Shown piece by piece: positions 35,562 through 43,893 of a DNA stretch of 64,000 nucleotides (positions within the stretch are counted from its first letter, which is position 1; every line of letters starts with the position of its first letter). Location: NCBI GenBank assembly GCA_021806615.1, contig JAJZRB010000005.1:4319-68318 (forward strand), in the 5' to 3' direction. The notes beneath the pieces were generated by a model. That model worked only from the letters and a program-made list of their open reading frames with translations. It had not been told where the DNA came from and searched no databases. A program made the position numbers and the translations under genes. This DNA comes from a bacterium (GTDB taxonomy: Bacteria; Patescibacteriota; Patescibacteriia; Patescibacteriales; UBA12465).

Positions 35562-36380
35562 TTATTTGATATTATATGTCACTCCGATTTCAATTATCAC
35601 TTCCCGGTCGCCGGACGGAATCTGCGGAGCGCTAGCGGCTCCGGCTCCCATGCCGCCCTTGCCGTAATCGGCGGTCATATACGGAGTCGGGCCGATCAGA
35701 TTTTCATACCAGCCGGTAATATCTCCCAAGCGGACGCCGGCTGTCGCGGCTAAAGCGCTGCTTTTCGCCTTTGCGTCCGCAATGGCCGCCAGCCGCGCCT
35801 GCTGCTTCAGATCATTCATGTTGGAAGCGTCAAAGCTTAGATTATTGACCTGGTTGGCTCCGGCCTTAGAGGCGGCCGCGATCACCTGGCTTAAACGATT
35901 CGGATCCTTGTCGTAGCCGTTTACTTTGATTACCAGCTGTTCATTGGCGTTATAGCCGGAAACAGAGGAAATATTATCCTTATAATCATATTGCGGATAT
36001 AAGGAATAATTCTGGGTTTGGATATCTTCCGGATTGACTCCGGTGGCCTTTACTTCCTTGATTATGTTAGCCACTTTAGCATTAAGCTGGTTCAAGGCGT
36101 CTTCCGGCTTAGCGACCTTATCGATCTGCACGCCGAGCGTCACGATGGCGATATCCGGAGTATAAGCGATCTTTCCCTGTCCGGTTACAGTCACGTTCTT
36201 AAATTGCTGATTGACGATGCGATCGCGCAAAATAGCGGTGATAACTATCGCCGTGATCAATACGAGGCCGACGATCATAACGGCGATATGCGGCTTCTTA
36301 GAACAGCAGTGGGTGCAGCCGGATTCGCAACAGTCTTTCTTAGCGGCGCCATTGGCGCCGATATTTTTTTCTTCGGGCAT
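35562..36380 (-). CDS. SIMPL (DUF541/BP26-like) domain membrane-anchored protein with an N-terminal Cys cluster
   Basis: VTVTGQGKIAYTPDIAIVTLGV and a C-terminal EVIIEIGVTYNIK are typical of SIMPL. The N-terminus carries DCCESGCTHCC followed by one TM segment. Confidence 0.7.
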   Translation of the reverse strand: MPEEKNIGANGAAKKDCCESGCTHCCSKKPHIAVMIVGLVLITAIVITAILRDRIVNQQFKNVTVTGQGKIAYTPDIAIVTLGVQIDKVAKPEDALNQLNAKVANIIKEVKATGVNPEDIQTQNYSLYPQYDYKDNISSVSGYNANEQLVIKVNGYDKDPNRLSQVIAAASKAGANQVNNLSFDASNMNDLKQQARLAAIADAKAKSSALAATAGVRLGDITGWYENLIGPTPYMTADYGKGGMGAGAASAPQIPSGDREVIIEIGVTYNIK

Positions 36381-36460
36381 AAAAATGCTTAATTATTATT
36401 TAGTGCTTATTATTATATCACTTCCTTAAAAAACTACAATAAAAACCTGCAAAAACCGGG

Positions 36461-37198
36461 TTAAAGACGCAGGGACAATTTTCCTCCTGACAGGTAGCTC
36501 CGCTTTTCGGCCGGGCTTAGGCGTTCGATAGCATATCGCAAAGCCGTACGCGGCATGGTTTTATGGTGTTTGTCCAAGAATCTCTTCAATCGGTCGGCAC
36601 CGGTCCGCTTTCCAGCTTCTCTCAGCATCCAGCCCGTCGCCTTATGGATCAAATCGTGCTTATCTTCCAATAATTTCCCTGCTATCAAGAAAACCTCCTT
36701 AGTCCGGCCGGCTTTTATAAAAGCATAGGTGGCGACTACGGCCATGCGTCTTTCCCAAAGATTAGAGGAGCGGGCCAGCTTATATAAGATTATCGGGTTC
36801 GCTTGGAAGCGGAGCAGAAAATCGCCCAAGATCTTATAGGCGGACAAGTCTACCAGATCCCAATTATTTATAAACCGCGTATTCTTTAAATAGAATCCCA
36901 CTATTTTCTTTTTCGCATCCAGACTGATGGCTGATTCATACTGCGCCGTCAAGATAAGGAGGGCGACCAAGCGGAATTCATGGATCTTGCTCTTTAAAAG
37001 GGAGTGCAGGCATAACCTGGATAAATGACTGTATTTCTTGGCTATCTGGCGCTGGAGCGGTACCGGCAAACCCAAAAAAATATCGCCCGCGCCGTATTCG
37101 CCCGGGCCGGTCTTGAAAAAACGCTGTAAGATAGCGGCCTTTCTCTTGTCGGCTCGCGATCTTAATTCCCTTTGTATTTTCTGCAATCCGGTCGCCAT
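36461..37198 (-). CDS. DNA alkylation repair protein (AlkD/AlkC-like HEAT-repeat glycosylase family)
   Basis: N-terminal pattern LRSRADKRKAAILQRFFKTGPGEYGAGDIFLGLPVPLQRQIAKKY and WDLVD are characteristic of the DNA_alkylation family. Confidence 0.75.
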   Translation of the reverse strand: MATGLQKIQRELRSRADKRKAAILQRFFKTGPGEYGAGDIFLGLPVPLQRQIAKKYSHLSRLCLHSLLKSKIHEFRLVALLILTAQYESAISLDAKKKIVGFYLKNTRFINNWDLVDLSAYKILGDFLLRFQANPIILYKLARSSNLWERRMAVVATYAFIKAGRTKEVFLIAGKLLEDKHDLIHKATGWMLREAGKRTGADRLKRFLDKHHKTMPRTALRYAIERLSPAEKRSYLSGGKLSLRL

Positions 37199-37200
37199 AC

Positions 37201-37671
37201 TTAATAATGATATTCTTTTTTATTTATCAGGGTGGCGGCCCGATAAAGCTGTTCTAAGAGCACGATGCGTGCCAATTCGTGAGGAAAAGTCAAAGGAGAT
37301 AAGGAAATCTGCTTATAACTCCTATACAGGTCATCGCTAAAACCGAGCGCTCCTGCCATGACTAGAATAAGCGGGCGCGGCTTGTCCAGCCAAGCGGCTA
37401 ATTCCGGCGAGGTAAAGGCGCGGCCTCTTTCAGCGAGAAGATAAACGGACGATCTTTCCCGCCCTTCTTTTTTTCTATTTAAAAAATCTAAGATCCGGCC
37501 GCTCTCTAGCTCTTTGGCTCGCTCTTTAGCGTTCGCTCTAAAAGGCTCGGCCGCCAACTCTATGACTTTCAGGCGGACGAAAGGGCGCAAGCGTTTAAGA
37601 TATTCTGTTGCCAAAGACTGATAATCTTTGTCTTTAAGCCTGCCGATAGCAAGCAAGGTGATGTCTAACAT
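37201..37671 (-). CDS. rlmH: 23S rRNA (pseudouridine1915-N3)-methyltransferase RlmH (SPOUT)
   Basis: MLDITLLAIGRLKDKDY... and the C-terminal AGALGFSDDL...ISLSPLTFPHELARIVLLEQLYRA match RlmH. The start is taken at 37671; the track start at 37710 adds 13 aa. Confidence 0.88.
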   Translation of the reverse strand: MLDITLLAIGRLKDKDYQSLATEYLKRLRPFVRLKVIELAAEPFRANAKERAKELESGRILDFLNRKKEGRERSSVYLLAERGRAFTSPELAAWLDKPRPLILVMAGALGFSDDLYRSYKQISLSPLTFPHELARIVLLEQLYRAATLINKKEYHY

Positions 37672-37825
37672 TTTTATATTATAGCATAAAAATAAGCTAA
37701 TTATCGCCAATAAAGATAGAATAAAATCTATTGACAGAAAAGGTTAATTTATGATAAAGTTTTCTATTAAATAGTTCGTTCAAAAGTTTAAAACATCATT
37801 ACCAAAATAAAACAAAGGCTCAATC

Positions 37826-38671
37826 ATGAAAAAATTAATTGTCTCTGTCACGCTTATCCTGTTCGCTTTTTTAGGAACATCCTACTCCCAGGACAAAAAG
37901 ACTGGTTCTATGAATGATCATCAAGCCGACCTTAAGATCAAAAGAGCCGTCCAGAAGATGGAAATCCAGGAATTAGAAAGGAGCCGCTCCCAAATGTCTT
38001 TTAAAGACTGCTTCTACGAGGATCTTTCCGCTGAAGAGCTTAATCGGCTAGCCGACGGGCAAATGGTCAATAAAAAAAGCGATCCATTTTTCATACCCGT
38101 CAGCTTGAATCCGACTGGCAATATCAGCGAAATACAGAAGATAGATACCTACGTCAATCAAGGCGGAGTGGTATCTAAGACCTCTAAAGTACAGCTGGGA
38201 AAAGTAGAAACGGCGATGGATATTGCCATATTATCCTTTTACCTACCCCTCTTGCTGATGCTATCCATCCTTTTGGTCCACTGCCGGGCTCATTCCTCAA
38301 AAAAGATCGACCTGACTATCTTTGCCGCGATATCGAACCTTTTAGTGCTCGTCTCCTTTATCTTGGGCATGATATTCAGTTCCCTAGCCACTAACGGCAC
38401 AGTATCTTTCATAATCGTCTTAACGCTACTCATCATAGTAGTCATGGATAGCGGCTCAAAGACTGAAAGGACCTTGGCTGTCTCCGGAATAATCGCCGGC
38501 ACTTCGGTCGGAATATTCACCGGGCGCATAATCGAATCAGGCTTTGGCGTTTTCAGTTTCCAAATGGCTCTCATTTGGGAATATGTCGGGCTCTATCTGT
38601 TAGCGAGTATAATCGGGTTAATCTTCATGTGGAAAACGGAATCCACCGAAGAACCGATTTACATCCGTTGA
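37826..38671 (+). CDS. hypothetical membrane protein (signal peptide, ~130-aa soluble region, then ~5 TM segments)
   Basis: ORF with N-terminal MKKLIVSVTLILFAFLGTSYS and multiple C-terminal hydrophobic segments. No family recognised. Confidence 0.55.
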   Translation: MKKLIVSVTLILFAFLGTSYSQDKKTGSMNDHQADLKIKRAVQKMEIQELERSRSQMSFKDCFYEDLSAEELNRLADGQMVNKKSDPFFIPVSLNPTGNISEIQKIDTYVNQGGVVSKTSKVQLGKVETAMDIAILSFYLPLLLMLSILLVHCRAHSSKKIDLTIFAAISNLLVLVSFILGMIFSSLATNGTVSFIIVLTLLIIVVMDSGSKTERTLAVSGIIAGTSVGIFTGRIIESGFGVFSFQMALIWEYVGLYLLASIIGLIFMWKTESTEEPIYIR

Positions 38672-38726
38672 TCACAAAAGCGCTTATCTTTGAATAAGCG
38701 CTTTTTTCATTGTACAATATTTATTT

Positions 38727-39656
38727 TCACCAACCGCCTGATGACCCGCCGCCGCCGGATGACCCGCCGCCGAATCCTCCAAAGCCGCCGCCGCCGAATC
38801 CACCGCCGGATGACCCGCCGCCGAATCCGCCCGGACCGCCGAAAAACCAAAAACCGCCGCCGCGCCGGCCGCTTGGCCCTTTAGGCTTGGGTAAGATACG
38901 AGACACCAGAAAATCTAAAAATAGACCTAAGCCGCCGATTAAAATCGGCAGAATGACCAATAAAAGCAAGGTTCTGAAAAATATCAGGGCGACTAACAGC
39001 CCTAAACCGCCGCCGATAGCGCCACCCTCCCACCAGCTCTGGCTCTTAGCCAAATGACGCCATAAAGCCATGATCAGATTGAAAATGGCGAAAAGAATGA
39101 AAATAACGAAACCGAAATCTACATGTCCAAAACTAATATTGCTGGAGCTAGGCGGCGCGGCTTGATATTCTCCTTTAGTGGCCGAAATGATCTGATCACT
39201 CGCCGAGTCTATTCCTGCATAATAATTTCCGGCCTGGAAAGAGGGCCGCAGGGTCTGAGTAATTATCTGGTTGGCGGTGGCATCCGGCAGAGCGCCTTCT
39301 AAGCCATAACCGACTTCAAGGCGCATCTTACGGTCATCTACGGCGATAAGGAGCAAAACGCCGTTATCCTTTTTGGCTTTCCCGATTTTCCAATCAGCGA
39401 AAAGCTTATTGGCGAAATTATCAATAGTATCTCCCGCTAAGCTTTTAATGGTTACGATCGCTATCTCGTTCGTAGAACTGGCGTTAAACCGCGTCAATTT
39501 ATCATTCAAGGTGCTTATCTCTTGAGAGGTTAAAACGCCGGCATAATCATTAACAAAGCCGGTCGGCTGTCCCGGGTTATAATAAGCCCGAGCCGCCTGA
39601 CCGGCCGAAAGAAACAAAAGGCAACTAAAAATTACGATGGATAAGCGTCGCGGCAT
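38727..39656 (-). CDS. TPM-domain (YgcG-like) membrane protein with a Gly-rich C-terminal tail
   Basis: FVNDYAGVLTSQEISTLNDKLTRFNASSTNEIAIVTI is a TPM signature. TM segments are followed by a (GGGF/GGSS)n tail. It lies downstream of LemA, a frequent pairing. Confidence 0.8.
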   Translation of the reverse strand: MPRRLSIVIFSCLLFLSAGQAARAYYNPGQPTGFVNDYAGVLTSQEISTLNDKLTRFNASSTNEIAIVTIKSLAGDTIDNFANKLFADWKIGKAKKDNGVLLLIAVDDRKMRLEVGYGLEGALPDATANQIITQTLRPSFQAGNYYAGIDSASDQIISATKGEYQAAPPSSSNISFGHVDFGFVIFILFAIFNLIMALWRHLAKSQSWWEGGAIGGGLGLLVALIFFRTLLLLVILPILIGGLGLFLDFLVSRILPKPKGPSGRRGGGFWFFGGPGGFGGGSSGGGFGGGGFGGFGGGSSGGGGSSGGW

Positions 39657-39668
39657 CCGGTTGGATTA

Positions 39669-40238
39669 TTATTTGTTGAGCTCTAGATTGACCTGCGGGG
39701 CATTCGCCGCAACCGGAGCGACTTGGAAATAAGTCTTTTCCGTAAAACCGTACAGCCCAGCGAGCATATTCATAGGAAAACGCTTGATCATGACATTAAA
39801 ATTCTTTACTTCATCATTGAAGCGTCCGCGCTCTACGCTTATTCTATTTTCCGTGCCCTCTAATTGGGCCATCAGGGTCTGGACGGTATCAATAGACTTA
39901 AGTTGAGGGTAAGCTTCCATAATCGCGAGTAAACGTCCGAAAGCGCTTTCTACCTGGCTGGCGGCAGCGGCTTTCTCATTGACTGTCTGAGCTCCGCTAT
40001 AGTTTGCCCGCGCCTGGGCTAATTCTCCGAAAACCGTCTGTTCCTGCCCCATGGCGCCCTTGACAGCGGCGACGAGATTAGGAATAAGGTCAAAACGCCT
40101 CTGATATTGGGTCTCTACTTGAGCCCATTGATTATCCACCGCTTCGTTCGCGGTCACTAGAGAATTGTAAGAAGTCCAAAACCAAGCGCCGATTATCAGC
40201 ACGAGAGCGATAATAATCAGCCAAATTGTTTTTTTCAT
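39669..40238 (-). CDS. lemA: LemA family protein
   Basis: N-terminal TM plus NSLVTANEAVDNQWAQVETQYQRRFDLIPNLV and ENRISVERGRFN motifs. Confidence 0.88.
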   Translation of the reverse strand: MKKTIWLIIIALVLIIGAWFWTSYNSLVTANEAVDNQWAQVETQYQRRFDLIPNLVAAVKGAMGQEQTVFGELAQARANYSGAQTVNEKAAAASQVESAFGRLLAIMEAYPQLKSIDTVQTLMAQLEGTENRISVERGRFNDEVKNFNVMIKRFPMNMLAGLYGFTEKTYFQVAPVAANAPQVNLELNK

Positions 40239-40280
40239 AGTTTTTTATTTATTATCTGATCATTATAGCATGAAAAAACC

Positions 40281-41075
40281 TTAGAATTCAAACGATAGCC
40301 AATGGGCGAAAACCGCGCCCGAGCGATCTCCGGGACGCAATCGCCTGATAAGCCATAGATTGCTCCGGCTCTCATTGCTGCCCGGATGGACAGAAACTGC
40401 CCCGAGATAAGTACTGGAAACGATGTCCAAGTCTTCCGGCTTAAAATAGCCGTAGGGATAGGCGAACGTCAAAACCGGCTGGCCGCTGATTCTAGCGAGG
40501 ACCGCTCGGCTGTCCTTTATTTCAAAGATCGCGTCTTTTATCTTTTTGCTACGCAGATCGGGATGATTAAAAGTATGGGAGCCGATTTCAACCAGGCCGC
40601 TCGCGGCTATCTCCTTGAGCTGGCTCTTAGTCAGATAGCCAGGCTTATCAAGGGCGTTGACGATAATATAAATGGTGCTCTTGATCTGATATTTCTTGAG
40701 CAAAGGAAAGGCGTTCTGATAAAAATCTTCATAGCCGTCATCAAAAGTCAAAGCTAAAGAACATCGCGCCAATCTTTTGTTCTGGCGCAGGCTGTCGGCT
40801 AATTCCGAAACGAAAATGCTGTGGTAATCATTCTTTTTGATTTCTGCCAGCTGGCTGGCGAAGATATCCGGCTCAAGATATAAGCCGGCTAGAGCGGTTT
40901 CCTTCGGCGCCGATTCAATATAATGGTACATCAGGACCGGAACCTTTTCGGAAAAATCACTGGCCGCGGCTACTGGATATATATCGGCTATGAATAATGA
41001 AAAACAGACCGTAAAAATTCCGGCCAAGAATTTGATGAGAATAAAAAGCGAGCCGGGTTGAGGCGAACTTTTCAT
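40281..41075 (-). CDS. polysaccharide deacetylase (NodB homology domain, CE4)
   Basis: LTFDDGYEDFY (the TFDDG motif) and GSHTFNHPDL (H-x-x-x-H region), with an N-terminal anchor. Confidence 0.85.
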   Translation of the reverse strand: MKSSPQPGSLFILIKFLAGIFTVCFSLFIADIYPVAAASDFSEKVPVLMYHYIESAPKETALAGLYLEPDIFASQLAEIKKNDYHSIFVSELADSLRQNKRLARCSLALTFDDGYEDFYQNAFPLLKKYQIKSTIYIIVNALDKPGYLTKSQLKEIAASGLVEIGSHTFNHPDLRSKKIKDAIFEIKDSRAVLARISGQPVLTFAYPYGYFKPEDLDIVSSTYLGAVSVHPGSNESRSNLWLIRRLRPGDRSGAVFAHWLSFEF

Positions 41076-41089
41076 AAATGATTTAAATT

Positions 41090-42874
41090 TTAGCGTTTAG
41101 CTCTTACCCTTTCGTTTTCAGTCAGATATTGCTTGCGCAGACGGACGCTCTTCGGCGTTATTTCCAAATATTCGTCCTCATTCATCACGCTTAAAGCGTT
41201 TTCTAAGCTCAATTCTAAGGGTGGAGTCAAGATGATAGCTTCGTCCGAGCCGGAAGCGCGGACATTGGTCAGCTGCTTGCCTTTGATAGGATTGACGGCC
41301 ATATCGTTGCCTTTAGCGACATTGCCGATAACCATACCCTCATAAACCTCCGTATTGGGCTTGATATATAATACGCCGCGGTCCTGCAAATTCCACAAAG
41401 AATAGGCGAGCGATTTACCGCTCATCATAGAGACCATGGCGCCCAGGCGGTTCTTCTCAATTTCACCGGCAAAAGGCTTAAATCCCACGAAATGCGTGCA
41501 TAATATGCCCTCGCCGCGAGTATCAACGATAAAATCGTTGCGATAGCCTAGAAGCCCGCGAGTCGGGATCTCGAAGATCAAGCGGGATTGGGCGTTATGG
41601 GTCTTGAGATCCTTCAGCTGGCCGCGCCGCTTGGAAATCTTTTCCATAATGACTCCGGTCATCGCTTCAGGAATATCTATCGTAATCTCTTCAAAAGGCT
41701 CTAGCTTCTGGCCGTTTTCCTCTTTTATGATAACCTGTGGCTGGGAAACTTGCAGTTCATAGCCTTCGCGTCGCAGATTTTCAAGGAGGATGGCGATATG
41801 CAATTCCCCGCGTCCGAATACTTTATAAGCGTTCGCATCAGAAAAATCTATTTTTAATCCGACGTTGACTTCTAATTCTTTTTCCAGGCGCTCCTTTATC
41901 TGCCGATTCGTAACATATTTTCCTTCCCGGCCGGCCAGCGGAGAATTATTTACTAAAAAATTCAAGGAAATCGTCGGCTCATCTATCTTAATAGCCGGAA
42001 GCGGACCCTGCTCCGGCGCTTCGGCGATAGTTTCTCCTATATAAATGTCGGCTAAACCAGCGACCATCACGATATCGCCCGCCGAAGCTTCACTGATTTC
42101 TTCCCGGCTCAATCCTTTGAAGGTAAAGAGCTTGGTAGTCTTGCGCTGCCTGGTTTCGCCATTCAGATTTTCCACATAGACCGTGCTCGCTGATCTTATC
42201 TTGCCTTTATAAACGCGGCAAATGGCCAAGCGGCCCAAAAAATTATCATAGGCCAGATTGAAGGGCTGGGCTAAAAGCTGTTCGCCTTCTAATTCGGGGC
42301 TGGAAGCCGGCGAAACATGTTCTAAAATCAAATCTAAAAGCGGATCAAGATTATTAGCTTCATCATCCAGATTCTTTTTCGCGATCCCTTGTTTAGAGGC
42401 CGCGTAAATCACCGGGAAATCTAGTTGCTCGTCGCTTGCTCCTAGATCAAGGAAAAGCTCGTAGACCATCTCATTGACCTCGGCCGGACGAGCCGCCGGC
42501 TTATCAATCTTATTGATAACGACTATCGGCTTCAGGCCCAGCTCCAGGGATTTCTTCAAGACGAATTTGGTCTGCGGCATCGGCCCTTCCTGAGCGTCAA
42601 CTAACAGGAGAACGCAATCTATGGAACGTAAAATACGCTCCACCTCCGAACTGAAATCGGCGTGTCCGGGAGTATCGACGATATTTATTTTCGTATCACG
42701 GTAAAAGACCGAGGTATTCTTGGAATAAATCGTGATTCCCCGCTCTTTCTCCAAATCGTTAGAATCCATGCTGACGCCGGCCTCGGACATCCCGGTCTGG
42801 CGCATCAAGGCGTCAGTCAAAGTCGTTTTGCCGTGATCAACGTGGGCAATGATGGCAATATTCCTGATTTCCAT
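41090..42874 (-). CDS. typA: translational GTPase TypA/BipA
   Basis: IAIIAHVDHGKTTLTD, DTPGHADF, NKID, and EF-G-like domains. 594 aa. Confidence 0.93.
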   Translation of the reverse strand: MEIRNIAIIAHVDHGKTTLTDALMRQTGMSEAGVSMDSNDLEKERGITIYSKNTSVFYRDTKINIVDTPGHADFSSEVERILRSIDCVLLLVDAQEGPMPQTKFVLKKSLELGLKPIVVINKIDKPAARPAEVNEMVYELFLDLGASDEQLDFPVIYAASKQGIAKKNLDDEANNLDPLLDLILEHVSPASSPELEGEQLLAQPFNLAYDNFLGRLAICRVYKGKIRSASTVYVENLNGETRQRKTTKLFTFKGLSREEISEASAGDIVMVAGLADIYIGETIAEAPEQGPLPAIKIDEPTISLNFLVNNSPLAGREGKYVTNRQIKERLEKELEVNVGLKIDFSDANAYKVFGRGELHIAILLENLRREGYELQVSQPQVIIKEENGQKLEPFEEITIDIPEAMTGVIMEKISKRRGQLKDLKTHNAQSRLIFEIPTRGLLGYRNDFIVDTRGEGILCTHFVGFKPFAGEIEKNRLGAMVSMMSGKSLAYSLWNLQDRGVLYIKPNTEVYEGMVIGNVAKGNDMAVNPIKGKQLTNVRASGSDEAIILTPPLELSLENALSVMNEDEYLEITPKSVRLRKQYLTENERVRAKR

Positions 42875-43036
42875 ATTTTCTAATTTAACAATAAATAAAA
42901 GTTAATAGCAATAAATAACGGTAATAAAAAAATTACGCGCTTCTGACGTAATTTTTGATTAAGTCGCTAATATAATAACCTTTTTTTAAACAGTAGTCAA
43001 GCTAAATCAATATTTATTAGATATATTAGCTAACTA

Positions 43037-43065
43037 TTGACATAATTTAAAAAATTTGCTAAAGT
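43037..43065 (+). promoter_or_regulatory. candidate promoter for the 52-aa ORF
   Basis: TTGACA (43037..43042), a 17-nt spacer, then TAAAGT (43060..43065). This implies a ~105-nt leader. Confidence 0.5.
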
Positions 43066-43176
43066 AATCTGTTAAGTTCTTTACAAGGTTAGCACCCAGC
43101 CGAGCCCGAACCTCAAAGTTAATAAATAACTAAGAGGCCCGGGAATTGAAAACTCGGGCTGTTTAATTTTAAACAT

Positions 43177-43335
43177 ATGTTTAAGACTTTAAACGGCTTT
43201 CTGGCAGTGATCGTCTTGATCGTTGTCTTAAAGTGGGCGCTTCCGCAAGAGGCAGTTGATTTGGCTTCTCAGATCTTAGTTAAGGTCTTAACCTTAATCA
43301 GAGACCTGCTGCAGCAAGTCAACGTTCCTCAATAA
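43177..43335 (+). CDS. small (52 aa) hydrophobic protein, absent from the ORF track
   Basis: ATG..TAA encodes MFKTLNGFLAVIVLIVVLKWALPQEAVDLASQILVKVLTLIRDLLQQVNVPQ. A promoter lies upstream and a perfect terminator lies 8 nt downstream. Confidence 0.5.
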   Translation: MFKTLNGFLAVIVLIVVLKWALPQEAVDLASQILVKVLTLIRDLLQQVNVPQ

Positions 43336-43342
43336 CAATTTT

Positions 43343-43370
43343 AAAAGGATTCTAAAAAAGAATCCTTTTT
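43343..43370. terminator. bidirectional terminator
   Basis: AAAAGGATTC-taaaaaa-GAATCCTTTT, a perfect 10-bp stem. Confidence 0.75.
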
Positions 43371-43402
43371 AATTTTCTATTATCCGCCTTATTTTTCCCG
43401 GA

Positions 43403-43843
43403 TCAACTATTTTTCTGCAGATTATCCAAACGGGCGATTATCTCACTAAGCTTTTCATTCTCGATCCGGGCCAGCGCTCTCTGCAATTCTTCAATCTCTT
43501 GCTTGGCTTTGACGTTAGTCTTGAAATCTTCGGCGGCGTGGATGCGGTCCCGTTCATTCTGACGGTTCTGCGACATCATGATAACCGGAGCGGCATAGGC
43601 GGCCTGGGTAGAAAAAAGCAGGTTAAGAAGGATAAAAGGATAAACGTCCCAATGATAAAACCAGCCGACCAAATTGAAAGAAATCCAGAGAGCGACAAAA
43701 ATAGATTGGGCGATGATGAAAGTCCAAGAGCCCATGCCATCAGCGACGAAATCGGCAATCTTCTGTCCTGGGGTCAGACGTTCCTCGTGTTTTTGATGCC
43801 AATTTTTAGCTTCAACCGATGGCGGATTAGCGGGATTGACCAT
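43403..43843 (-). CDS. DUF1003 family membrane protein
   Basis: GSWTFIIAQSIFVALWI...YPFILLNLLFSTQAAYAAPVIMMSQNRQ matches the DUF1003 pattern as I recall it. Confidence 0.7.
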   Translation of the reverse strand: MVNPANPPSVEAKNWHQKHEERLTPGQKIADFVADGMGSWTFIIAQSIFVALWISFNLVGWFYHWDVYPFILLNLLFSTQAAYAAPVIMMSQNRQNERDRIHAAEDFKTNVKAKQEIEELQRALARIENEKLSEIIARLDNLQKNS

Positions 43844-43893
43844 AAATTTAAAAAATTAATAATAACTAAATATAATAGTTTTTCGACTTCTGT

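Noticed and set aside
38690-39057. Two plus-strand ORFs (64 aa Arg-rich, 115 aa Pro-rich: PPDDPPPPDDPPPNPPKPPPPNPPPDDPPPNPPGPP) that look like an exotic proline-rich protein
   Set aside because: They are the antisense reading of the Gly-rich (GGGF/GGSS)n tail of the TPM-domain gene on the minus strand (38727..39656). That gene has clear family motifs, so the repeat composition creates the open frames.
43037-43176. A known riboswitch class in the leader of the 52-aa ORF
   Set aside because: Only short alternative stems are visible, and I recognise no conserved riboswitch core. It is kept as a low-interest finding rather than a feature call.
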